Positions 1 to 18,860 of a stretch of DNA of 64,000 bases are shown one piece after another. This DNA is from the human T2T-CHM13v2.0 reference genome, Homo sapiens, in NCBI RefSeq assembly GCF_009914755.1, contig NC_060946.1, one strand, 5' to 3'. Position 1 is the stretch's first letter; every line of letters starts with the position of its first letter. Below the pieces are notes generated by a model that saw nothing but the letters and a program-made list of their open reading frames with translations, was not told where the DNA came from and did not search any database. The position numbers were made by a program, and so were the translations under genes.

Positions 1-325
1 AAAACCTATCCCTGCACTGATCACTAGGTGATGTAACAGTTGTCTAGGCTCTGTCTACATGGGAATTTTCAAATATCTCTACACTGATCATCTAAGTGAT
101 GTAACCCTTGTCTAGTTTCAGCCTACTGGGGATTTCTGACATACCTATGCAGAGATCACCGAGGTGATGTAAATCATTTCCAGGAGTTTCATATAGAGGA
201 CCTTGTGATATATCTCTGCACTGATCACCCAAATGATGGAACTCTTCCTAGGCTCCACAGGGAGGGGGCATTGTGACATAATTCTGAACTGATCATCCAG
301 GAGATGTAAATATTCTCCAGGCTTT
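1..325. repeat. Beta-satellite (BSR/Sau3A, ~68-bp monomer) array, including the pLAM-type terminal monomer
   Basis: Tandem monomers such as tctctgcactgatcacccaggtgatgtaactcttgtctaggctctgcctacagggggcattgtgacata, with a GATC site in each. Confidence 0.95.
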
Positions 326-445
326 GACTAAAGAGCGTCGGAAGGTGTTGGGAGAGCCTCAGCAGGAACTTCACTGACGGACAAGGGCACAGAGAGGACA
401 GCCGGCTCCCTTGCACGTCAGCTGGGGTGCGCAATGAGCGCAGGT
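240..445 (-). other. pLAM / DUX4 exon-3 homolog without a poly(A) signal
   Basis: The minus strand reads actag|acctgcgctcattgcgcaccccagctgacgtgcaagggag...ttcagaattatGTCACAatgccccctccctgtgg, collinear with 4qA exon 3 as I recall it (...TTCAGAGATATATTAAAATGCCCCCTCCCTGTGG). Equivalent copies lie at ~11325-11530, ~16400-16605 and ~54455-54657. Confidence 0.85.
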
Positions 446-1035
446 CTAGTCAGGAGGATGGCAAAGAAAGCTAGAGGTCTGCTTTCCGCCGCCAGGCGCT
501 CCATGGTGGCAGCTGGGAGGTTGCAGGGGCAAGGGCGGGCCGGCGATGGTGGCGCGGAGGCGCAGAGTAGGTGAGCCGCTGGAGGGGTGTCAGGCCTGGA
601 CGCTGCGCTGGCCCGGTGTTTCGTGGGACAGGGGTTTCCACCCAGCCCAGGGGAGGATGCATTTTCCGGGGATGGGTGGTGGTGGTGGGGAGGGGATGGT
701 CAGGCAGGGGTGGGGTTGTGGAAAGGCATGAGAGCTCTGCCCAGGCTGCTCTCACAGCCCTGGTGGCTGCCCACAAACATGCGTGTGCACAGTAGGCGCC
801 CCACATGCTGGTACATGGGCCGGCTCTGGGATCCCCAGGATGCCCAGGAAAGAATGGCAGTTCTCAGCTGTGTGGAGTCTTTTATCGGGACTAGACCTAG
901 AAGGCAGGAATCCCAGGCCGGTGAGCCCAGTGGAGGTGGCGGGGGGAAGACACTCCCCTCCATAGCCAGCCAGGTGTTCCCCCCGAAAGTGAGGCCACCG
1001 CCCTTCCCGACCGGAACCTGTCCCAACCCCGGGTC

Positions 1036-2508
<1,473 letters not shown>

Positions 2509-3096
2509 ACCCCGGTAGGGTCCCAGGGCGTCGAGGCATGTGGCTGGTGGGTGGTGGGGTGGGGGGGCGGGCCTGCTGATGGCGGTGGTGTGGCCGGAGA
2601 GACAAAGAGGAAGGGGGCGAGGTGGAATGGGTGAGGGGGGCGCGTTTCGGGGGCTGGCTCTCCGTACCTCTTCAGAAATCCCGCGGGAACTGGAAGCCGC
2701 TCTCTGGGCTCCCACGAGTCTGCAGCAGGGAGAAAGCAGCCTGGTAGGGTGGAGAGGAGTGTGGAACTGAACCTCCGTGAGAGTCTGGAGTGTTCCAAGC
2801 CCTCCCTCCGTGAAGGAGGCAATGCCTGTGGGTGTCGCCATTACCGGGAGAGTCTCACACGCGCAGCCGTGTGGCTCTCCTTCATTTCCATGTAGAAGAC
2901 CAGAGCGAGACCCTAGAGAGAAGATGCTTCCCCGACGTGATGGCCTGACGATGGATTTCCGTGTGCAGCAACATGGCGAGTCTGCAGTGTGGCCGGTTTG
3001 GAAACTGGCAAGGAGAGCGAAGGGACCATGCCGGACTTCCCCCCTTCCCTGCATGTTTCCGGGTGACCAAAGAGCTACTGGAGGAAACAATCAGAA

Positions 3097-6000
3097 TGAC
3101 ACATCTCTGAACTCATCAATAAAGTGATGTAACTCTTGTCTAGGCTCTGCCTACAGGGGCTTTGTGACATATCTCTACACTGGTCACCCAGGTGATGGGA
3201 CATTTTTCTTGGCTCTGCCTATGGGGGCATTGTGACATATCTCTACACTGATCTCCCAGGTGATGTAACTCTTTTGTTGGATCTGCCTATGGGGGCATTG
3301 TGACATATTTCTGCACTGATCACCCAGATGATGGGACTCTTGTCTAGGCTCTGTGTATGGGGGCTTTGTGACATATCTCTGTACTGATCACCCAGGTGAT
3401 GTAACGCCTGACTAGGCTCTGCCTACGGGGCATAGTGACATATCACTGCATTGATCACCGAGGTGATGTAACTCTTGTCCAGGCTCTGCCTACTGGGGGG
3501 CTTGTGACATATCTCTGCACTGGTCATCAGGGTGATGTAACTCTTGCTTATGCTCTGCCTGCAGGGGCATTGTGAAATATCTCTGCACTGATCACCCAGG
3601 TGATGGGACTCTTCTCTAGGCTCTGGGTACTGGAGGCATTGTCACATATTTCTGCAATGATCACCCAGGTGACGGACTCTTTTCCTGGATTTGCCTATGG
3701 GGGCATTGTGACATATCTCTGCACTGATCACCCAGGGGATGTAACTCTGGTCTAAGCTCTGTCTAAAGGGGCATTGTGACAGATCTCTGCACTGATCACT
3801 CAGTTTATGTAACTATTGTCTAGGCTCTACTTAAAGGGGCCCTGTCACATATCTCTGCACTCATCACCCAGTTGATGTAACTCTTGCCTAGGCTGTGCTT
3901 ACAGGGGGTATTGTGATATATCTCTGCACTGATCACTTAAGTGATGTAACACTTGTGTAGGCTCTGCCTACAGGGGCATTTTGACATATCTCTGCACTGT
4001 TAACTGAGGTGATGTAACTCTTGTCTACGCTGTGCCCACAGTGGTATTGAGACATATCTCTGCACTGATCCCGAGGTGATCCAACTCTTGCCTGGTCTCT
4101 GCCTACTGGGGACATTGTGACACTTCTCTGCACTGATCTCCCAGGTACTGTAAGTTTAGTCTACGCTCTGGCTACACGGCATTGTGACATATCACTGCAC
4201 TGATCACCAAGGTGATATAACACTTGTCAAGGCTCTGCCTACAGGGGCTTGTGACATATATCTGCACTGATCACCCAGGTGATATAACTCTTCTCTAGGA
4301 TCTGCCTACAGGTTGCTTTGTGACATATCCCTGCAATGATCACCCAGGTGATATACCACTTGTCAAGGCTCTGCCTCCAGGGGCATTGCGATGTATCTCT
4401 GCACTGATCACCTAGCTCATGTAAGTCTTGTCTAGGCTCTGACTACAGTGGCATTGTGACATATCTCTGCACTGATCACCCAGGTGATGGAACTCTTTTC
4501 TAGGATCTGCCTACAGGGTGCTTTGTGGCATATCCCTGCAATGATCACCCAGGTGATGTACCACTTGTCAAGTCTCTGCCTACAGGGACATTGGGATGTA
4601 TATCTGCACTGATCACCTAGTTCATGTAACCCTTGTCTAGGCTCTGCCAACAGTTGCATTGTGACATATCTCTGCACTGATCATCCACGTGATGTACCTC
4701 TTGTCTAGGATCTGCCTAAAGGGACTTTTTGACATAACTCTGCACTGATCATCCAGGTGATGGGGCTTTTGTCTAGGCTCTGCCTAAGGGGGAATTGTGA
4801 CATGTTTCTGCACTGATCACCCAGGTGACGAACTCTTGTCTTAGATGTGCCTATGGGGGCATTGTGACATATCTCTGCACTGATCACCCAGGTGATGTAA
4901 ATGTTGTATAAGCTCTGCGTACAGGGGAATTGTGAGAGATCTCGCCACTGATCACAAAAGGGATGTAACTATTGTCTAGGCTTTGCCTACAGGGGGCTTT
5001 TTGACATATCTTTGCACTGATCACCCAGGTGATGTAACTCATCTAAGTTCTGCCTACAGGATCTTTGTGACATATCTCTGCACTGATCACTTAGGTGATG
5101 TAACACTTTTATAAGCACTTCCTACAGGGAATTTTGACAAATCTCTGCACTGATCACCTAGGTGATGTAACTCTTTTCTACCCTCTGCCCAAAAAGGGGC
5201 ATTGTGAAATATCTCTGCACTGATCACCCAGGTGATTCAACTATTGTCTAGGATCGGCCTACATGGGGTATTGTGAAATATCTCTGCACTGATCAACTAG
5301 GTGATGTAACTCTTGTCCAGGCTCTGCCTACAGGGACGTTTTCACATATCCCTGAGCTGATGACAAAGGTGATGTAACTGTTGCCTAGGCTTTGCCTAAA
5401 GGGGACATTGTGACGTATCTCTGCACTGATTACCCAGGTGATGAAACTCTTTTCTAGGATCTGCCTACAGGGGCGTTTTCACATATCCCTGAACTGATGA
5501 CAAAGGCGATGTAACTGTTGCCTAGGCTTTGCCTAAAGGGGACATCGTGACATATCTCTGCACTGATCACTGAGGTGATGAAACTCTTCTCTATGCTCTG
5601 CCTACAGGGGACATTGTGACATATCTGTGCACTGATCACCCAGTTGATGTAACTCTTTTCCAGTCTCTGGCTACAGAGGGCGTTGTGACATCACTCTGCA
5701 CGGATCACCCGGGTTATGTAACTCTTGTGTAGGATCTGCCTATGGGGGCATTGTGACTTACCTCTGCACTGATCACACAGGAGATGTGACTCTTGTCTAA
5801 GCTCTGCCTGGAGGGACATTGGGACATATCTCTGCACTGATCACTGAGGTGATGTAAAACTTGTCTAGGCTTTGCCTACAGTGGGATTTATGACATATCT
5901 CTGCACTGATTACCCAGGTGATGTAACTCTTTTCTAGGCTCTGCTTACAGGGGGTATTGTGAGATATCTCTGCACTGATCACCGAGTTGATGTAACTCTT

Positions 6001-9000
6001 TTCTAGGCTCTGCCTACAGGAACATTTTAACATATCACTGCACTGATCACCAAGATGATGTAACTGTTGTATCGGCTTCGCCGACAGGGGGCATTGAGAC
6101 ATATATCTGCACTGAGCACCGAGGTGATGCAACTGTTGTCTGGGATCTGCTTAGAGGGGACATTGTGATATATCTCTGCCCTGATCACCCAAGTGATGTA
6201 ACTCTTGTCTAGGCTCTGCCTACTGGAGACATTGTGACATATCTCTGCACGGATCAACCAGGTGATGTCACTTTTGTCAAGGATATGGCTACAGGGACAT
6301 TGTGACATGTCACTGAATTGATCACACAGCTGATGTAACACTTGTCTAGTCTCTGGCTCCAGGGGGCTTGTGACACATGACTACACTGATCACCCAGGTG
6401 ATGTAACACATGTCTAGGCTCTGAAAAACTGGGCATTGTGACATAACTGTGCACTGATCACCCAGGAGCTGGGATTCTTCTCTAGGCTCTGCCTATAGGG
6501 GTATTGTGACATATCTCTGCAGTGATAATGCAGGTGATGTAACTCTTGTCTATATCTGCCTCCTGGCAACATTGTGGCATATTTCTGCACTGACCACATA
6601 GGTGATGGACTGTTTTCTTGGATCTGCCTATCAGGGCATAGTGACATACCTCTTCACTGATAACTCATGTGATGTAACGCTTGTCTAAGCTGCGCCTAAA
6701 GGGGAATTGTGACAGATATCACCACTGATCACCCAGGTGATGTAACCATGTTCTGGGATTGGTCTACAGGGGGCTTTGTGACATATCTTTGTACTGATCA
6801 CGCAGGAGATGTAACTCTTGTCTAGGCTCCACCTACAGGGGCTTTGTGACATTTATCTGCACTGATCACCCAGGTGATTTAACTCTTGTTTCGGCTCTGC
6901 ATACAGGGGCTTTGTGACATATGTCTGTACTGATCACCCAGGTGATGTAACTCTTGTCTTGGCTCCACCTACAGGGGGTATTCTGACGTATCTCTGCACT
7001 GATTACCCAGGTGATGTAACAATTACTTAAGCTCTGCTTACTGGGGCGTTTTGACATAGCTCTGCAAAGATCACCTAGGTTATGTAACTCTTGTCCACTC
7101 TCTGCCTACAGGGGGCATTGTGAAATATCTCTGCACTGATCACCCAGGTGATGGGACTCTTCTCTGTACTCTGTCCGGAGGGGGATTTGTGACATATCTC
7201 TGCACTGATCACCCAGGTGATGGAAGTGTTGTCTAGGCTCTGTCTATGGGGGCATCGTGTCAAATATCTGCAGTGATCACCCAGGTGATGTAACTCTTTT
7301 CTAGGCTCTGTCCACAGGGATTTTTGTGCCATGTCACTGCACTGATCACCTAGGTGATGTAATCCTTCTATGGGCTTTGCCTACAGAAGTCTTTGTGACA
7401 TATCTATGCACTGATCTCTGAGGTGATGCAACTCTTGCCCAGGCACTGCCTACAGGCGACATTGGTACATATCTCTGCACTGATCACCCAGGTGATGGAC
7501 TCTTTTCTTAGATCTGCCTACATGGACATTGTGACATATCTCTGCACTGATCACCCAGGTGATGCATCTGTTGTACAAGCTCTGCCTACAGGCGAATTGT
7601 GAGAGATCTCGCCACTGATCACCCAAGTGATGTAACTATTTTCTATGCTTTGCCTACAGGGGGCTTTGTGACATAGCTTTGCACTGATCACCCAGGTGAT
7701 GTAACTCATCTAAGTTCTGCCTACAGGAGCTTTGTGACATATCTCTGCACTGATCACTTAGGTGATGTAACACTTTTCTATGCACTGTCTACAGGGAATT
7801 TTGACAAATCTCTGCACTGATCACCTAGGTGATCTAACTCTTGTCTACCTTCTGCCCAAAGGGGGCATTGTGAAATATCTCTGCACTGATCACCCAGGTG
7901 ATTCAACTCTTGTCTAGGATCTGCCTACAGGGGGTATTGTGAAATATCTCTGCACTGATCAACTAGGAGATGTAACTGTTGTCTAGGCTCTGCCTACAGG
8001 GGCGTTTTCACATATCCCTGAACTGATGACAAAGGCAATGTAACTCTTGCCTATGCTTTGGCTACAGGGGACATTGTGACATATCTATGCACTTATCACC
8101 CAGGTGATGCAACCCTTCTCTATTCTCTGCCTACAAGGGACATTGTGACATATCTCTGAATTGATCACCCAGGTGATGCAACTCTTCTCTATTCTCTGCC
8201 TCCAGGGGGCATTGTGACATATCTCTTCACTGATCACCCAGGTGATGCAACTCTTCTCTATGCTGAGACTACAGTGGGCATTGTGACATATCTCTACACT
8301 GATCACCAAGGTGATGTAACTCTTTCCTACTCTCTGCCTACTGAAGGCGTTTTGACATCACTCTGCACGGATCACCCAGGCTATATAACTCTTGTCTAGG
8401 CTCTGCCTAAGGGAGAATTTTGACTTATCTCTGCTCTGATCACCCAGGTGGTGCAACACTTCTCTATGCTCTGCCTACAGGGGGCATTGTGACATATCTC
8501 TGCACTGATCACCCAGGTGATGTAACATTTTTCTAGGCTCTGCCTACAGAGGGCGTTGTGAAATCACTCTGCACGGATCATCCAGGTTATGCAACTCTTG
8601 TCTAGGCTCTGCCTACACGGGCATTGTGACTTATCTCTGCGCTGATCACCCAGGAGATGTGACTCCTGTCATAGCTCTGCCTAGAGGGACATTGGTACAT
8701 ACCTCTGCACTGATTGCTGAGGTGATGTAAAACTTGTCTAGGCTTTGCCTACAGTGGGATTTATGAGATATCTCTGCACTGATCACCCAGATGATGTAAC
8801 TCTTGTCTAGGCTCTGCTTACAGGGTGTATTGTGAGATATCTCTGCACTGATCACCCAGGTGATGTAACTCTTGTCTAGGCTCTGCCTACTGGGGCATTT
8901 TAACATATCACTGCACTGATCACCGTGATGATGTAACTCTTGTATATACTTTGCCGACAGGGGGCATTGAGACATATCTCTGCACTGATCACCGAGGTGA

Positions 9001-11415
9001 TGGAACTCTTGTCTGGGATCTGCTTACAGGGAGCATTGTGACATATCTCTGCCCTGATCACCCAGGTGATGTAACTCTTGTCTAGGGTCTGCCTACCAGA
9101 TAAATTGTGACGTATCTCCGCACTGATCACCCAGGTGATGTCACTTTTGTCAAGGATATGGCTACTGGGACATTGCGACATGTCACTGCACTGATCACAC
9201 AGCTGATGTAACTCTTGTCTAGGCTCTGGCTACTGGGGTCTTGTGACACATCTCTGCACTGATCACCCAGATGATGTAACCATTGTCTAGGCTCTGCCAA
9301 AAGGGGGCATTGTGACATAACTCTGCACTGATCACCCAGGTGATGGGACACTTGTCTAGGCTCTGCCTACAGGGACATTGTGACATATCTCTGCAGTGAT
9401 CACGCAGGTGATGTAACTCTTGTCTATATCTGCCTACTGTCGGCATTGTGGCATATTTCTGCACTGACCACCCAGGTGATGGACTCTTGTCTTGGATCTG
9501 CCTATGGGGGCATAGTGACATATCTCCGCACTGATCACTCATGTGATGTAACGCTCGTCTAAGCTGTGCCTAAAGGGGAGTTGTGACAGATATCTCCACT
9601 GATCACCCAGGTGATGTAACAATTTTCTGGGATTTGTCTACAGGGGGCCTTGTGACATATCTTTGCACTGATCACCCAGGAGATGTAACTCTTGTCTAGG
9701 CTCGGCCTACAGGGGCTTTGTGACATATTTCTGCACTGATCACCCAGGTGATGTAACACATGTCTAGGCTCCGCCTACAGTGGCTTTGTGACATATCTCT
9801 GCACTGATCACCCAGTTGATGTAACTCTTTTATAGGCTCCACCTACAGGGGGTATTGTGATGTATCTCTGCACTGATCACCCAGGTGATGTCACATTTAT
9901 TTATACTCTGCCTACTGGGGCTTTTTGACATAGCTCTGCACAGATTACCTAGGTTATGTAACTCTTGTATAACCTCCACCTACAGGGGGTATTGTGACGT
10001 ATCTCTGCACTGATCACCCCGGTGATGTAACATTTATCTAAGCTCTGCCTACTGGGGCTTTTTGACATAGCTCTGCACAGATCACCTAGGTTATGTAACT
10101 GTTGTCCACTCTCTGCCTACAGCGGCATTGTGAAATGTCTCCGCAATGATCAACCAGGTGATGGTACTCTTCCCTACACTCTGCCTAGAGAGAGATATGT
10201 GACATAGCTCTGCACTGATCACCCAGGTGATGGAAGTCTTGTTTAGGCTCTGTCTAAGGGGGCATTTTGTCAAATATCTGCACTGATCACCCAGTTGATG
10301 TAACTCTTGTCTATGCTCTGTCTACAGGGATTTTTGTGACATATCACTGCACTGATCACCTAGGTGTTGTAAGCCTTGTATGGGCTTTGCCTACAGAAGG
10401 CTATGTGAGATATTTATGCACTGATCTCTGAGGCAATGCAACTCTTGTCTAAGCACTGCCTACAGGGGATATTGGTACATATCTCTACACTGATCACCCA
10501 GGTGATGGACCCTTGTCTTAGATCTTCCTACATGGACATTGTGACACATCTCTGAACTGATCAACCAAGTGATGAAACTCTTGTCTAAGCTCTGCCTACA
10601 GGGGCTTTGTGACTCATCTCTGCACTGGTCATCCTGGGGAGGGAACTCTTGTCTACGCTCTGCCTACAGGAGGCTTTATGACTTATACCTGCACTGATAA
10701 CCTAGCTGATGTAACACTTGTCTAGGCTCTGCCTACACGGGAATTCTCACATAGCTGTGCACTGATCTCCCAGGTGATGTAACTCCTGTCTATGTTCAGC
10801 CTACAGGAGCGTTTTGACATATTTCTGCACTGATCACCCAGGTGATGTAGCCCTTGTCTAAGCTCTGCCTATAGGTGCATTGTGAGAGATCTCTCCACTT
10901 CTCACCCTGGTGATGTAACAATTGTCTGGGCTTTGCTACAGGGGGCTTTGTGATATACATTTCCACTAATCAAACAGGTAATGTAACCCTTGTCAAGTTC
11001 TGCTTACAGGGTCTTTGTGACATATCTCTGCACTGATCACGCCATGGAGGAAACACTTGTCTACACTCTGCCTACAGGAGGCTTTACGACATCCCTGCAC
11101 TGATCCCTAGGTGATGTAACACTTGTCTAGGCTCTGTCTACACGGGAATTTTCACATATCTCTACACTGATCACCTAAGTGTTGTAACCCTTGTCTAGGT
11201 TCAGCCTACTGGGGTTTTCTGACATACCTATGCACTGATCACCGAGGTGCTGTAAATCATTTCCAGGCTTTTTGTACAGGGGACATTGTGATATATCTCT
11301 GCACTGATCATCCAAATGATGCAAATCTTCTCTAGACTCCACAGGGAGGGTGCATTGTGACATAATTCTGAACTGATCATCCAGGAGATGTAACTATTCT
11401 CCAGACTTTGACTAA
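3097..11415. repeat. Beta-satellite array
   Basis: Continuous ~68-bp monomers in one orientation. Confidence 0.97.
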
Positions 11416-14183
<2,768 letters not shown>

Positions 14184-16489
14184 TGACACATCTCTGAACT
14201 GATCAACAAAGTGATGTAACTCTTGTCTAGGATGTGCCAACAGGGTCTTTGTGACATATCTCTGCACTGATCACCCAGGTGATGTAACTCTTGTGTTGGA
14301 TCTGCCTATGGGGGCATTGTGACATATTTCTGCACTGATCACCCAGGTGATGGGACTCTTGTCTATGCTCTGTGTATGGGGGCTTTGTGACATATCTCTG
14401 CACTGATCACCCAGGTGATGTAACGCTTGACCAGGCTCTGCCTAGGCTGCATAGTGACATGTCACTGCATTGATCACCCAGGTGAAGTAACTCTTGTCTA
14501 GGCTCTGCCTATAAGGGTCCTTGTGACATATCTCTGCACTGATCATCAAGGTGATGTAACTTGCATACGCTCTGCCTGCAGGGGCATTGTGAAATATCTC
14601 TGCACTGATTACCCAGGTGATGGGACTCTTCTCTAGGCTCTGCCTACTGGGGGCATTGTCACATATTTCTGCACTGATCACCCAGGTGACTGACTCTTTT
14701 CTTGGATTTGCCTATGGGCGCATTGTGACATATCTCTGCACTGATCACCCAGGTGATGTAACTCTGGTCTAAGCTCTGCCTACAGGGGCATTGTGACTGA
14801 TCTCTGCACTGATCACTCATGTGATGTAACGCTTGTCTAAGCTGCTCCTAAAGGGGAATTGTGACAGATATCTCCACTGATCACCCAGGTGATGTAACAA
14901 TTTTCTGGGATTTGTCTACAGGGGGCTTTGTGACATATTTTTGCACTGATCACCCAGGAGATGTAACTCTTCTCTAGGCTCGGCCTACAGGGGCTTTGTG
15001 ACATATTTCTTTACTGATCACCCAGTTGATGTAACTCTTGTCTAGTTTCCACCTACAGGGGGTATTGTGACGTATCTCTGCACTGATCACCCAGGTGATG
15101 TAACATTTATCTAGGCTCTGCCTACTGGGGCGTTTTGACATAGCTCTGCACAGATCACCTAGGCTATGTAACTCTCTTCCACTCTCTGCCTACAGGGGGC
15201 ATTGTGACATGTCACTGCACTGATCACCCAGGTGATATAACACTTGTCTAGGCTCTGCCTACAGGGGGCTTGTGAAATATCTCTTCACTGATCACCCAGG
15301 TGATTTAACTCTTCTCTAGGATCTGCCTACAGGGTGATTTCTGACACATCCCTGCAATGATCACCCAGGTGATATACCACTTGTCAAGGCTCTGCATACA
15401 GGGACATTGTGACATAACTCTGCACTGATCAACCAGGTGATGGGACACTTGTCTAGGCTCTGCCAACAGTGACATTGTGACATATCTCTGCACTGATCAC
15501 CCAGGTGATGTAACTCTTTCCTAGGAACTGCCTACAGGGTGCTTTGTGACATATCCCTGCAATGATCACCCAGGTGATGTACCACTTTTCAAGGCTCTGC
15601 CTACAGGGACATTGCGATGTATCTCTGCACTGATCACCTAGGTCATGTAACTCTTGTCTAGGCTCTGCCTGCAGTGGCATTGTGACATATCTCTGCACTG
15701 ATCATCCAAGTGATGTAACTCTTGTCTAGGATCTGCCTAAAGGGACTTTGTGACATAACTCTGCACTGATCATCCAGGTGATGGGGCTTTCGTCTAGGCT
15801 CTGCCTAAGGGGGCATTGTGACATATTTCTGCACTATCACCCAGGTGACCGAGTCTTGTCTTGGATGTGCCTATGGGGGCATTGTGACATATCTCTGCAC
15901 TGATCACCCAGGTGATGTAACCCTTGTCTAAGCTCTGCCTACAGGGGCATTGTGACAGATCTCTCCACTGCTCACCCAGGTGATGTAACAATTGTCTGGG
16001 CTTTGCCTATAGGGGGCTTTGTGATATACATTTCCACTGATCAAACAGGTAATGTAACCCTTGTCAAGGTTATGCTTACAGGGGCTTCGTGACATATCTC
16101 TGCACTGATCACCCCAGGGAGGAAACACTTGACTACACTCTGCCTATTGGAGGCTTTGCGACTTATCCCTGCACTGATCACTAGGTGATATAACACTTGT
16201 CTAGGCTCTGTCTACACGGGAATTTTCACATATCTCTACACTGATCACCTAAGTGATGTAACACTTGTCTAGGTTCAGCCTACTGGGGATTTCTGACATA
16301 CCTATGCACTGATCACCGAGGTGATGTAAATCATTTCCAGGCTTTTTGTACAGCGGACTTTGTGATATATCTCTGCACTTATCATGCAAATGATGCAAGT
16401 CTTCTCTAGGCTCTGTATGGAGGGGGCATTGTGACATATTTCTGAACCGATCAACCTGGAGATATAACTATTCTCCAGGTTCTGACTAA

Positions 16490-16490
<1 letters not shown>
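14184..16490. repeat. Beta-satellite array
   Basis: ~68-bp tandem monomers. Confidence 0.97.
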
Positions 16491-18859
<2,369 letters not shown>

Positions 18860-18860
<1 letters not shown>

